From Dehalococcoidia bacterium (lineage in GTDB: Bacteria > Chloroflexota > Dehalococcoidia > Lucifugimonadales > UBA3495): 64,000 nt of DNA. The stretch lies in contig OZ252223.1 of the NCBI GenBank assembly GCA_965249145.1, positions 1,673,757-1,737,756 of the forward strand. The letters run 5' to 3'. Positions 20,093 through 29,888 of the stretch are shown in pieces. The number at the start of each line of letters is the position of its first letter. Within the stretch, counting starts at the first letter, position 1. Under the pieces are notes generated by a model that was given only the letters and a program-made list of their open reading frames with translations, ran no database searches and had not been told where the DNA came from. A program made the translations under genes and the position numbers.

Positions 20093-21085
20093 TCAATAAA
20101 GGTGGCAGGCTACGGGGTGGCCAGGCACGGTCTCCCGGTATTCGGGGATTTCCTCCCGGCAGCGGTCCATCACGAAGGGGCAACGCGGGTGGAAGGTGCA
20201 GCCGGAGGGAGGGTTCAGCGGCGAGGGCACCTCTCCCGATAGGACCACCTCTTCGCGCTGGCGGCGCGGGTCGGCGGGCAACGACGCCGAGATCAGGGCC
20301 CTGGTGTAGGGATGCATTGGGTCTGCGAACAACGCTTCCGGCGCCCCTTCTTCCACGATCTTGCCCAGGTACATTACCCCCACCCGGTGGCTCATGTAGC
20401 GCACGGTCGCCAGATTGTGGGCGATGAGCAGGTAGCTAAGATCGAAGTCCCTTTGTAGCTGCTTGAGCAGGTTGAGGATCTGGGCCCGAATCGAAACGTC
20501 CAGCGCCGAGACCGGCTCGTCCAGCACGATGAGCTTGGGCCGGGTGGATAGGGCCCGGGCGATGGCGATGCGCTGGCGCTGGCCCCCGCTGAACTCGTGG
20601 GGATAGCGCTCGCCGTGGAAGGGGTCCAGCCCCACGACCTCCAAGAGCTCGTTGACCCGGGTGCGGGCCTCCTGCTTGGTGACCCGCTGGTGCGTGGTGA
20701 GCGGTTCGGCGACGATTGACTCCACCCGCATCCGGGGGTTGAGCGAGCTCCAAGGGTCTTGAAATACCGCTTGGACCGACGCCTGAAAGCGCTTCCGCTC
20801 TTCCCGATTCACCTGGGCCATTGATTGTCCCTCGAAGAAGACGGCGCCCTCGGTGGTCGGCTCTACCAACAGCACCATGCGGGAGGTGGTGGTCTTGCCG
20901 CAGCCCGATTCGCCAACCAAGCTGTAGGTCTTGCCCTCGGGAATGGCGAAGGAGACGCCGTCGACAGCTTTGACCGTTCCCACGGTGCGCTGGAGCACCA
21001 ACCCGGTGGTGACCGGGTAGTGCTTCTTGACCCCTTCTAGGCGGACCAGGTCCACCCCGTTGTCGACGTGGCTAGTTTGCGTCAT
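20093..21085 (-). CDS. ABC transporter ATP-binding protein (oligopeptide/dipeptide type, OppF/DppF-like)
   Basis: Walker A GESGCGKTT, signature FSGGQRQR, Walker B LIVLDEP. Start taken at MTQTSHV (21085), overlapping the upstream gene end. Confidence 0.9.
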   Translation of the reverse strand: MTQTSHVDNGVDLVRLEGVKKHYPVTTGLVLQRTVGTVKAVDGVSFAIPEGKTYSLVGESGCGKTTTSRMVLLVEPTTEGAVFFEGQSMAQVNREERKRFQASVQAVFQDPWSSLNPRMRVESIVAEPLTTHQRVTKQEARTRVNELLEVVGLDPFHGERYPHEFSGGQRQRIAIARALSTRPKLIVLDEPVSALDVSIRAQILNLLKQLQRDFDLSYLLIAHNLATVRYMSHRVGVMYLGKIVEEGAPEALFADPMHPYTRALISASLPADPRRQREEVVLSGEVPSPLNPPSGCTFHPRCPFVMDRCREEIPEYRETVPGHPVACHLY

Positions 21086-22052
21086 CTCGTAACCAGCAGC
21101 GGGCAATGTGGCCCGGCTCGATTCGGAATTCCGGCGGGTATTCCCCGCACCGGTCGAAGGCGTAGGCGCAACGAGGGGCGAAGCTGCAACCTGGGGGTAG
21201 GGTATCCAAGGACGGGGGCTGGCCTTCAATGGAAGGCAGAAAATCGACTTGGTCGTCCAGATCGGGCACCGAACGCAACAGCGCCTCGGTGTAGGGATGC
21301 GACGGGTTGTCGAACAACTGGATGACGTCGGCCTGCTCGACGATCTTGCCGGCGTACATCACCGCCACCCGGTCGCACATACGGGCCACTATTCCGAAAT
21401 CGTGGGTGATGAAGATGATCGCAGTCCCGGTTTGGGCTTGGATTTCCTTCAGGAGTTCAAGGTATTGGAGCTGGATGGTGGCGTCCAGAGAAGTTGTGGG
21501 TTCGTCGGCGATCAGCACGTTGGGTCCGCGTGACATGGCGATTGCGCCAACCACCCGCTGTCGCATCCCGCCGCTCATCTGGTGGGGAAAAGACGCCAAC
21601 CGGCGCTCCGGCGCGGGGATGCGGACGCTGCTCAGGATGTCCATCGCCCGCTGTTTCAGGCTTGACCTGGACTGACGGGAGTCCATCCTGAGCGTCTCGT
21701 AAACTTGGTCGCCGATGGTAAACACCGGGTTGAGGGAGGTCGACGGGTCCTGCATCACCATGCAGATGCCCTTGCCGCGGATCTCCCGCATCTCGGAATC
21801 GCTCTTCCGCAGCAGGTCTTCGCCCTGGTAGAGGACCCGGCCGCCGACAATGCGTCCAGCGGGTTTTGGCACGAGGCCGAGGATCGACCAAGCGGTCATG
21901 CTCTTGCCGGAGCCCGATTCACCGACGATCCCCAGGGTCTCGCCGGGATGCAACTCGAAGCTAATCCCGTCGACGGCCTTGACCACGCCGGAGCGGCTGA
22001 AGAAATGGGTCTGCAGGTCTTCGACGCGAAGTATTGGCTCGCCTTCTGCCAT
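21072..22052 (-). CDS. ABC transporter ATP-binding protein (OppD/DppD-like)
   Basis: Walker A GESGSGKS, signature MSGGMRQR, Walker B LIADEPTT, and the C-terminal oligopeptide-type extension. Confidence 0.9.
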   Translation of the reverse strand: MAEGEPILRVEDLQTHFFSRSGVVKAVDGISFELHPGETLGIVGESGSGKSMTAWSILGLVPKPAGRIVGGRVLYQGEDLLRKSDSEMREIRGKGICMVMQDPSTSLNPVFTIGDQVYETLRMDSRQSRSSLKQRAMDILSSVRIPAPERRLASFPHQMSGGMRQRVVGAIAMSRGPNVLIADEPTTSLDATIQLQYLELLKEIQAQTGTAIIFITHDFGIVARMCDRVAVMYAGKIVEQADVIQLFDNPSHPYTEALLRSVPDLDDQVDFLPSIEGQPPSLDTLPPGCSFAPRCAYAFDRCGEYPPEFRIEPGHIARCWLRDDAN

Positions 22053-22066
22053 CCCGTATCCTACCT

Positions 22067-22957
22067 TTAGACTTGGGCCCGGCGCAGCCTGGGGTCGAGG
22101 GTATCGCGCAGCCAGTCACCAAAGAAGTTGAAGGCCAACACCACCACCGTGATAGCCACCCCCGGGAAAAGCGAAAGCCACCAGACGTCTAACAGGATGT
22201 CACGGCCTTCCGCCACCATTATGCCCCACGCCGGGTCTCCGGGGGCGAGCCCCAGACCCAAGAAACTCAGGGCGGCTTCCAAGAGAATTATCTGTCCCAC
22301 CAGCAAGCTGGAAATAACGGTCAAGGTGTTGACCACGTTGGGGAAGATGTGACGCCATATAATCACCCGGGTACTGACCCCGGTGATTCGGGCCAAGGTG
22401 ACGAAGTCCTGCGATTTAGCGGCCAGCACGTCACCTCTGACCATACGAGCGAACCGGGCCCAGAAGGTGAGGGCTACCGCCAATATGATGTTAATCGTGC
22501 CAGTGCCCAGGAACACGACTATCACCATTGCCAGCAGGATCGTCGGGAACCCCAGGGCGGCATCGACACACCGCATGATGAGAGCGTCGACCCACCCGCC
22601 CCAATAGCCGGAAATCAGGCCCAACAACGTCCCAACCGCTGCACCGGCCAACAGGGACACGAAAGTGATAATGACGGTAGTGCGCGCGCCGTAAATCAGG
22701 CGGGTGAGAACATCCCGCCCCAGGCTATCGGTGCCCAAGAGATGCGAGGAAACCTCTCCCGGAGCCATGTGTTTGTTCAGGACGTTGATATCCTTGGGGT
22801 CGTGCGGAGCGATTAGCTCAGCAAAGGCGGCACAGACCAGGATGAGAAGCAGAATAAATATTGGAATCCATGGCAAACGGGCCTGACGGAGCCGCGTAAT
22901 CCCCCGCCACAGGCTCGCGCCCTTAACTTCCAGTGCGTTTGGTGTGGTTGCAGCCAT
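22067..22957 (-). CDS. ABC transporter permease (DppC/OppC-like)
   Basis: Six-TM BPD-type permease with the EAA-like loop (ITGVSTRVIIWRHIFPN). Confidence 0.9.
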   Translation of the reverse strand: MAATTPNALEVKGASLWRGITRLRQARLPWIPIFILLLILVCAAFAELIAPHDPKDINVLNKHMAPGEVSSHLLGTDSLGRDVLTRLIYGARTTVIITFVSLLAGAAVGTLLGLISGYWGGWVDALIMRCVDAALGFPTILLAMVIVVFLGTGTINIILAVALTFWARFARMVRGDVLAAKSQDFVTLARITGVSTRVIIWRHIFPNVVNTLTVISSLLVGQIILLEAALSFLGLGLAPGDPAWGIMVAEGRDILLDVWWLSLFPGVAITVVVLAFNFFGDWLRDTLDPRLRRAQV

Positions 22958-22960
22958 CCT

Positions 22961-23887
22961 TTAGACTGTCGTGTACCGAATCCTGGGATCCACGTACGCG
23001 TAGAGTATGTCGATCACCAGTGAAAGGGCGATGTAGAAGAACCCGGATGCCAAAACGGCAGCTTGTACGACCGGGAAGTTCCTGGCCAGAACCCCGTCGA
23101 GAAGCATACGCCCGATGCCGGGCCAAGCGAACACCACCTCCACGACGATGGCGCCGTTGAGCAAACCGGCAAGGCTGATGCCTCCGAACGTGAGCAGGGG
23201 GACCAAGGAATTTCTGAGGGCGTGCTTCCATAGCACCAGCCGCTCATGAAGCCCCTTCACCCGAGCGAACTTGATGAATTCGCTGTCAAGGACCTCCAAC
23301 ATGCTGGAGCGGCCCAAGCGCATCATGCCAGCCATGATGGACCAAGCAAGCACGAAGGCGGGAAGCACGAAGGTGTCGGGACCGCCACGACCGAACGTGG
23401 GCAGGACTTTGAATATCGCGCCAAAAACCAGGATGAGCATGATGGCCACCCAGAATTGCGGGGCCGCCATGCCCAACACGGCGAACAGCTTGGATCCCTT
23501 GTCGAAGATGGAATCGCGCTTGATAGCGGAGAGGATTCCCAGCGGCACGCCAAACAATACGGCCAGTCCCATTCCAGCGGCCGCCAGTTGCAGCGTGGCT
23601 GGGAGCCGGGCGGCCAGCAGGTCCCGTGCGGGGCGGCGGTCCGTGATGGATGTTCCAAAGTCTCCCTGGATCGCGTTCTTCAGGAAGAGACCATATTGGA
23701 CGTAGAGGGGTTTATCCAACCCAAGCTGCTTTCTTATTGCCTCGTAGTCTTCCTTAGCCGAGGCGTCGATGGGCATCAGGTATATCGCTGGGTCTCCCGT
23801 CAAATGCACGCTGAAAAAGACGATGACGGTGAGCGCCAAGAGAGTGAAAATCCCTTGTCCCAGTCTTGTTATGATGTATCGTTGCAT
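22961..23887 (-). CDS. ABC transporter permease (DppB/OppB-like)
   Basis: MQRYIITRLGQGIFTLLALTVIVF N-terminus typical of DppB-type permeases. KGLHERLVLWKHALRN loop. Confidence 0.9.
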   Translation of the reverse strand: MQRYIITRLGQGIFTLLALTVIVFFSVHLTGDPAIYLMPIDASAKEDYEAIRKQLGLDKPLYVQYGLFLKNAIQGDFGTSITDRRPARDLLAARLPATLQLAAAGMGLAVLFGVPLGILSAIKRDSIFDKGSKLFAVLGMAAPQFWVAIMLILVFGAIFKVLPTFGRGGPDTFVLPAFVLAWSIMAGMMRLGRSSMLEVLDSEFIKFARVKGLHERLVLWKHALRNSLVPLLTFGGISLAGLLNGAIVVEVVFAWPGIGRMLLDGVLARNFPVVQAAVLASGFFYIALSLVIDILYAYVDPRIRYTTV

Positions 23888-23970
23888 TAGTCTATGGGTC
23901 TATTCACCGGCGAATTTCTACGATTCATAAACCTGTCCCTCCTTTACATGGGAGGTACAGCAAGTGAGAA

Positions 23971-23991
23971 GGGCGAGGACAGGCCTCGCCC
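23971..23991 (-). other. intra-operon hairpin between the binding-protein and permease genes
   Basis: GGGCGAGG / CCTCGCCC 8-bp stem with a 5-nt loop, just 3' of the binding-protein stop. Could act as an attenuator or mRNA stabiliser. No strong U-tract. Confidence 0.35.
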
Positions 23992-24021
23992 TTGCGGTTG
24001 GTTTGCCGGGTCTTCGGTGGT

Positions 24022-25806
24022 CTACTCGTCGATTTCGATGGTCCAAACGCCGGTCAAATAGGCGACCAAGGGCCAGGGCCGCCAGCCTTGAATCCTCGGC
24101 GAGACACCCCAAAGGGAATGGGTTATCCCGGTGGTCCACTCGTAGTGTTCCTCGCGCAGGAACATCCACGTGTCCGCCAAGATATCCTGTCTCTTGGTCG
24201 GGTCAACGACTGCCGTGGCCGCCAACACCCGATCCCTGATGTCTTCCCGGAATCCCGCGATGTGGGCCGCTCGGTCGAAGTGGCCGTAGAGGGCCAACAT
24301 ACCGCCTGCGGTGTCCCAGCGGCTCTCGTTGGGCCGCAAGAGGAACTCGCCCTCCATCTGGCCACCGAACCAACGTTCCCGGGTCGCCACTTCCTCTCCA
24401 ACCCTCACCTCGGCCTCGATGCCGAGGTTGTCCCTCCAGAATTGGGCAATCAGTTGGGCTTGCTCCGGCAGGAACGGCACGTCACCGGCGACCCAGGTGT
24501 TGATGATCTGCTTGGGCAGTCCCTGGCCTCCAGGGTAACCCGCATCGGCCAGCAACTGCCGGGCCTTTGCCGGGTCGTATGGGAAGGGGTCCAAACCCGG
24601 CGAGTAGCCAAGGCTGCTGGGGAACACAAAGCTGAACCCCTTGACCTCAGCCACGTCCTTTCCGTAGAGCTGTCCAACGATCAACTCTTTGTCGACCGCG
24701 TAGTCCATGGCCTGCCGGAATGCCTTCTTGTTGCACGGGAGTTCCGTATTGTGGCAGCCTGGCATGAAAATCCACATGTAGGCAGCCTCTTTGGAGATTA
24801 CCACCCGGTTGCCCGAATCTTCGATCCGGTTCTTCACCTGAAGGTTGGCATCGATGATATCGGCGTCACCGGCAACGAGAGCGGCGACCCTGGTGCTGGC
24901 TTCAGGGACCAGGCGCATGTGCAGGGTGGTGAAGTTGGGGCTCCTCGAAGGGTTCCAGTAGTCGTCGAAGCGCTCCATAACCATCTCGTCGTTAAACGTG
25001 TGGCTGACAAGCCGGAACGGGCCGGCGCCTATGGGGGCGGCGTCGTAGCCGTTCCGTCCCACCTCCTCAAAGTATGCCTTTGGGAGGATCGCGCCGTTGT
25101 TATTGGTGGCCATGTCGGTGAGGATGAAGGGGAGATAGGCGAAGGGTTCGGAATGGGTCAGCTTGAAGCTTTCAGGGCCCAGCGCCTCGATCTTTTCGGT
25201 TCCCCTGGCGACCGTCAGAACATTCTGGCCGCCGTCGGTCTTGGCCTCCTCCCCATAAGTGCTGTTCATGGTGAAGACCGCGTCGTCGATGGTGACCTCT
25301 TCGCCGTTGTGGAACTTGATTCCCTCGCGAATTGTAAAGATCCAGGACAGTCCGTTGGGCGCGACCTCCCACTTGGTGGCGACGCCGGGCAGGATTTCGA
25401 CATTCTCGCTACCGACCATCCAGTAGGAATGGAGCTGCCGGTTATAACCCATCACCTCGCCCCAAGCCCAGGTCGTGAACAACTCCGGCCCCCAGACCGT
25501 ATTGAGCACGGTCACCGTGCCGGGATGAACTTCGACCATCGCGGGTGCGGTGGTAGCCGCCGGGGCCGGGGTGGGAGCTACGGTTGCGCCAGGCGCGGCC
25601 GTGGCGACTGGACCGGCAGTAGCGCCAGGCGCCGCGGTCGCGGCAGGGGCGGTAGTAGCTTGAGGAGCGCCAGTAGCCGCTGGGGCAGTGGTCGCGGCCG
25701 ACCCCGAGTCGTCGGCATCGTCGCCGTTACACGCCACCACGATAATCGTAGCGAATATGAAAAAGAGGAACAATAATCTGGGAGAGAGGAGCCGGAATCG
25801 TTTCAT
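24022..25806 (-). CDS. ABC transporter substrate-binding lipoprotein (family 5, peptide/nickel type)
   Basis: Start at MKRFRLLSP (25806). Lipobox-like IVVAC is followed by an Ala/Thr/Pro-rich linker, then an SBP_bac_5-like body. Confidence 0.9.
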   Translation of the reverse strand: MKRFRLLSPRLLFLFFIFATIIVVACNGDDADDSGSAATTAPAATGAPQATTAPAATAAPGATAGPVATAAPGATVAPTPAPAATTAPAMVEVHPGTVTVLNTVWGPELFTTWAWGEVMGYNRQLHSYWMVGSENVEILPGVATKWEVAPNGLSWIFTIREGIKFHNGEEVTIDDAVFTMNSTYGEEAKTDGGQNVLTVARGTEKIEALGPESFKLTHSEPFAYLPFILTDMATNNNGAILPKAYFEEVGRNGYDAAPIGAGPFRLVSHTFNDEMVMERFDDYWNPSRSPNFTTLHMRLVPEASTRVAALVAGDADIIDANLQVKNRIEDSGNRVVISKEAAYMWIFMPGCHNTELPCNKKAFRQAMDYAVDKELIVGQLYGKDVAEVKGFSFVFPSSLGYSPGLDPFPYDPAKARQLLADAGYPGGQGLPKQIINTWVAGDVPFLPEQAQLIAQFWRDNLGIEAEVRVGEEVATRERWFGGQMEGEFLLRPNESRWDTAGGMLALYGHFDRAAHIAGFREDIRDRVLAATAVVDPTKRQDILADTWMFLREEHYEWTTGITHSLWGVSPRIQGWRPWPLVAYLTGVWTIEIDE

Positions 25807-26229
25807 CAAGTACACCAACTTCCAGCGATGCATTGCGATCGCTGTCGGGGATAGCGAGTATTTTAGGTTAGGGGCCAGATAGTGTCAAATACGGACCGCC
25901 TTCTTTCCGGAGCCATCTGGGACTCAGAGCCACGGCGTCAGCCTTTGCCGGATGACGGGAGTGGGTGTGGCGGCACGGCCTCAAGACGTGCGTAGGGGTG
26001 GTTAGCGTCAACCGGCGGATGGCCGCAAGGCGACGGGCGAACTGGCCGCTACCCGAGACCGGCTAGCGGGCGGAGGGCGGTCATTTCTTGGACCAGTTCG
26101 GTCACGTCTATGCCGCCGGTGACTTGGGTCACCTTCGCGCCGGCCAGCAGGAAAGAGCAACTGGCTGCGAGCCGAAGAAGTCCAGGACTCCCGGAATCTG
26201 TGGGCCTCTACTTAAGAGAGGACCACGGA

Positions 26230-26565
26230 TTAGTTCTCTTCCGCTGCGACTCCGGCGGCGGCGGGCTCCGGCGCTCCCCCCGCCACTACGTCCTCTTGCT
26301 TTGCATCCCTAATGGTCATCGTGTTTGGGTCGTCGCGGACCGGCTCCTTCCAAGAGAGCCGCACCCCGAGGGTCCCGCTGCCCCGAGTGGAGCCTGCTTC
26401 CAGATCGAACTTTATCGGGCCGGCGAATTCCAAGTTGATGGCGGTACCGGCCGAGGCGAGCTGGGCGCTCCCCGAACGCAACTGTCGGGCTAACGCTTCA
26501 AGGTAGTCGGCTGCGGTGTCGGGCTCGATGGAAGTGGAGAACGCGAAGCTCTTATCTTCTGGCAT
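26230..26565 (-). CDS. amphi-Trp domain-containing protein (small, function unknown)
   Basis: From MPEDKSFAFSTS: AADYLEALARQLRSG...LGVRLSWKE matches my recollection of the amphi-Trp domain pattern. GAGG lies upstream of the ATG. Confidence 0.55.
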   Translation of the reverse strand: MPEDKSFAFSTSIEPDTAADYLEALARQLRSGSAQLASAGTAINLEFAGPIKFDLEAGSTRGSGTLGVRLSWKEPVRDDPNTMTIRDAKQEDVVAGGAPEPAAAGVAAEEN

Positions 26566-27019
26566 GGTGCCTAAACCTCGTGAACGGTGGGTTTGGTTCA
26601 ATCGGCGGACCCGGGGGTCTAAGACGGTCCTAATCTGACCTCATCGCTTCCTTTCCGCCGCCTCTTCCGCCCCACCTCGCACTTGGTCTTCGACTTAGCC
26701 ATACTGCCATCCAGCGCGACTTTAAGGGCGATCGAATGATAACTTTTGAGACGCCGGACGGTCAACCACCCGTACTAGGCAACACTCCACTTATGTATTC
26801 AATGCCCATGTGCTGTCGCCTTCGGGATTCCGTGGTCTTCGGGTCCTAGACCAGGGCGTTCTTGGCCCGGCTTGGCGCCGGATGACGTCATTTCCCACCA
26901 GCGCTGTATCAAGTACAATCTCACCAAGACGAATGGCGCCGCCCCCAGCCCTCCGACGCTGGGGCGTTTTTGTTTGGCATGCAACAGATTCACAGGCAGG
27001 CAGCAGTGGAAAACCCAGC

Positions 27020-28285
27020 TTGGTAGACGATAGCCCGCAGGGCTCGGCGGTCAGTTCCTACCGCCGCCGGTTCCTCGGTCCGTGGCGAGTTGCGGACTTC
27101 CGCTGGTATTGGGCCGGCTCCGGTTGCCAGTCGTTGTCCCAAGGCATGCAGTTCCTGGTGCTGGTTTGGATGGTGCAGGAAATCGCCACTCTTGGGGCGG
27201 TGGGCTGGCTCGTCTTCCTGTACGGTGTCCCCAATGTGGCGGTCCTGATCGTCGCGGGAGTCATAGCCGACCGGATGAACCGGAAGCTGCTCCTGATGGT
27301 CACACAAGGTGGGGTGGGGCTGGTCATCGGCGGTCTGGCTGTTCTGGCGCTCTTCGACCTCGCGGCCTTGGTCTACATCTACCTGGCTGCGGCCCTCCTC
27401 GGCATCCTGCAGGGACTCAACCAGCCAGCCCGGGTGACGGTGCTCTCCGACCTGATGGACGAGCGGACCCTGTTGGACGCGGTGGCCCACTTCAACGCGG
27501 CGGTCCACATCGGACGGATCGTGGGCCCCTTCCTCATCGGGGAGATGATCGACCTGTGGGGGACCACCCCGGCCCTATTCGTCAACGCCGGGTTCTACGG
27601 GCTGAGCGTAGTCTTCCTGGTTTTCATCCGCACCACCTTCTCCCGTCCGGTACAGGTCGCGAGGCAGTCCTTGCTACGAAACCTGGTGGACGGAATAGTG
27701 GTAATCAAGGACAGCCCGGTGCTGCTAACGGTGATCGTAATCACCTGCGCCTGGGGCGGCTTCGGCATGTCGCACCTGCAGGTGATACCGGCATTCGCCA
27801 AAGAACAGCTTAGCGGAGACGCTGGCGCCGCCGGGTTGCTGTTGACCGCTTCGGGCGTCGGTTCGCTGATCGGCAACCTGTCGCTGACGTTCATCGGGCG
27901 GGAGTGGCTGTACCGCTGGCTGCTGGTCTGCATCCTCATGTTCGCGGCGAGCCTGACCGCCTTCGCTTGGTCGACGTCATTCTGGGTGGCTTGGTCGCTG
28001 TTCGTGGTGGTGGGAATCGTGAGCTTGGGAACGGTATGGCCTTTGGCGACCACCATCTTGCAGCTGGCGACGCCGAATGAGGTCCGGGGGAGAGTGATGG
28101 GCTTCCTACACCTCACCCCCGGCTTCCATTACTTGGGTGCGCTGCCTCTTGCCTATGCAATCGGGTTCCTTGGCTGGGGTATCTCGATCAGCGTGGCCGC
28201 TGGCTTGTGCTTGGCCGTCACCATCTGGTTCGGCGTGGCCCGTAAGTCCGGCCGGCAGCTGATCGCCGTTCCCGCCGCGGCCTAG
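27020..28285 (+). CDS. MFS transporter (MFS_3 / enterobactin-exporter-like)
   Basis: ORF 26810..28285. The conserved part begins near FRWYWAGSGCQSLSQGMQF, with 12 predicted TM segments. The start is uncertain; the in-frame TTG at 27020 was chosen. Confidence 0.7.
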   Translation: MVDDSPQGSAVSSYRRRFLGPWRVADFRWYWAGSGCQSLSQGMQFLVLVWMVQEIATLGAVGWLVFLYGVPNVAVLIVAGVIADRMNRKLLLMVTQGGVGLVIGGLAVLALFDLAALVYIYLAAALLGILQGLNQPARVTVLSDLMDERTLLDAVAHFNAAVHIGRIVGPFLIGEMIDLWGTTPALFVNAGFYGLSVVFLVFIRTTFSRPVQVARQSLLRNLVDGIVVIKDSPVLLTVIVITCAWGGFGMSHLQVIPAFAKEQLSGDAGAAGLLLTASGVGSLIGNLSLTFIGREWLYRWLLVCILMFAASLTAFAWSTSFWVAWSLFVVVGIVSLGTVWPLATTILQLATPNEVRGRVMGFLHLTPGFHYLGALPLAYAIGFLGWGISISVAAGLCLAVTIWFGVARKSGRQLIAVPAAA

Positions 28286-28405
28286 ACTGGAGGTTTGAAT
28301 CTGGATTCACAGGATTCTTGGCTTCCCTGGATTTTGGTTCGCCGCGCCAAGGCCTCCTGTGAATCCTTTCATCCCGGATCGAAAGGGGTCCGGGCGGCGT
28401 CCGCG

Positions 28406-28434
28406 TTGACAGGCCATGACTCCCTCTCTACACT
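28406..28434 (+). promoter_or_regulatory. candidate promoter of the molybdenum hydroxylase operon
   Basis: TTGACA (28406-28411), a 17-nt spacer, then TACACT (28429-28434), 33 nt upstream of the ATG at 28467. Confidence 0.35.
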
Positions 28435-28466
28435 CGCGATTAGCCCACTCTGGCGGTAAACAGCCC

Positions 28467-29390
28467 ATGAAGCGCTTTGAGTACCTGGAGGCGCGGACGC
28501 TGCGGCAGGCCATTGGCCTGTTGCAGCGCCACGGCTCCCAAGCCCGTATCGTGGCGGGCAGCACCGACTTCTTGGTGCGTTGGCGGGCCGGCTTTTGGGA
28601 GCCCGGCTACGTCGTGAACATCCAGCACATCCCCGGCATGAGCCGCATTACCTACAGCGCCCGCAATGGCTTGAGAATGGGGGCCTTGGTCACCATCCAA
28701 GCCATCGAACAGCACCCGGCCATCCGTCGGCGCTTTCCGGCTTTGGCTGCCGCGGCTGCCTCTTTCGCTGGGGTGCAGGTGCGCAACCTGGCCACCGTCG
28801 GCGGAAATATCTGCAACGCCTCCCCTTCCGGCGACACCATACCGGCGCTGCTGGCCTTCGGCGCCGAGTGCCGCCTGTCGGGACCCGACGGCCACCGGTG
28901 GGTCGAGATAGACAAGCTGTTCACCGGCCCCGGCCGGACCGTGCTGGCCCCCGACGAGATTCTGACCGAGGTCCGGCTGCCACCACCGCCGCCCAACACT
29001 GGCTCGCTCTACATCAAGCACAGCCCGCGCGGCGCGATGGACATCGCCACCGTGGGGGTCGCGTCATCGGTCACTACTCAAGGGCGCTCCAACGTCTGCG
29101 TCGAGGCGCGCATCGCCTTGGGCGCGGTGGCGCCGACTCCGCTTCGGGCCTACGCCGCGGAGGACCTGTTGCGGGGGCGAGAGCTGACCTCGGAACTGAT
29201 ACAGGCGGCGGCGCAACAAGCCATGTCTACCGCCACCCCCATCGACGACATTCGCGGCACCGCCCAACACCGGCGCGAGATGTCCGGCGTGCTGACCCGG
29301 CGGACACTGGAGCGGGCGGTCGAGATCGCCTCAGGCGGGGCCATCGGCTACGACGATCACCGTCGGCTAGCGGTCCAGGCAGCGTTCTGA
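28467..29390 (+). CDS. xanthine dehydrogenase family FAD-binding subunit (CoxM-like)
   Basis: MKRFEYLEARTLRQAIGLL, then AGSTDFLV and GGNICNASPSGD motifs of the FAD_binding_5 / CO_deh_flav_C family. Confidence 0.85.
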   Translation: MKRFEYLEARTLRQAIGLLQRHGSQARIVAGSTDFLVRWRAGFWEPGYVVNIQHIPGMSRITYSARNGLRMGALVTIQAIEQHPAIRRRFPALAAAAASFAGVQVRNLATVGGNICNASPSGDTIPALLAFGAECRLSGPDGHRWVEIDKLFTGPGRTVLAPDEILTEVRLPPPPPNTGSLYIKHSPRGAMDIATVGVASSVTTQGRSNVCVEARIALGAVAPTPLRAYAAEDLLRGRELTSELIQAAAQQAMSTATPIDDIRGTAQHRREMSGVLTRRTLERAVEIASGGAIGYDDHRRLAVQAAF

Positions 29391-29406
29391 CGAGAGGGTT
29401 GTATAG

Positions 29407-29883
29407 ATGAAGAGAGTGTTGCAAATCACGGTCAACGGTGTCGGGCGGACCATCCTGGTCGAGCCGTTCTACTCTTTGCTGGACGCCGTACGCGACGAAC
29501 TGCACCTGACCGGCACCAAGAAGGGCTGCGACGAGGGCGACTGCGGCGCTTGCACCTTGTTGCTCAATGGGGAGCCGGTAACGTCGTGCTTGGTGCTGGC
29601 CCACAGCGCCCACGACTCGGAGGTCACCACCATCGAGGGGCTGGCAGCCGACGGCGAGCTGCACCCGGTGCAGCGAAGCTTCGCCGAGCACGGCGGGCTG
29701 CAATGCGGCTACTGCACGCCAGGGTTGATCATGGCCACAGTGGGACTGCTAAACAACAACCCGGACCCGACGGTGGAAGAGGTGAAGTTCGGTCTCGGCG
29801 GCAACCTGTGCCGCTGCACCGGCTATTCCAAGGTGGTGGAAGCGGCGATGTCGGCCGTCGATAGCATGAAGGAGACGGAGTAG
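29407..29883 (+). CDS. (2Fe-2S)-binding subunit (CoxS-like)
   Basis: Has the CDEGDCGACT and QCGYCTPG..CRCTGY cysteine clusters. Confidence 0.9.
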   Translation: MKRVLQITVNGVGRTILVEPFYSLLDAVRDELHLTGTKKGCDEGDCGACTLLLNGEPVTSCLVLAHSAHDSEVTTIEGLAADGELHPVQRSFAEHGGLQCGYCTPGLIMATVGLLNNNPDPTVEEVKFGLGGNLCRCTGYSKVVEAAMSAVDSMKETE

Positions 29884-29888
29884 CAGAA

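Noticed and set aside
26060-26200. Minus-strand reading ..LLRLAASCSFLLAGAKVTQVTGGIDVTELVQEMTALRPLAGLG that looks protein-like.
   Set aside because: It has no start codon after the upstream in-frame TAG and no family I can name. It may be a remnant, but that is not supportable.
26610-26690. 27-codon basic mini-ORF (MAKSKTKCEVGRKRRRKGSDEVRLGPS) upstream of the amphi-Trp gene on the minus strand.
   Set aside because: No convincing RBS. It is too short and compositionally trivial to support without conservation data.
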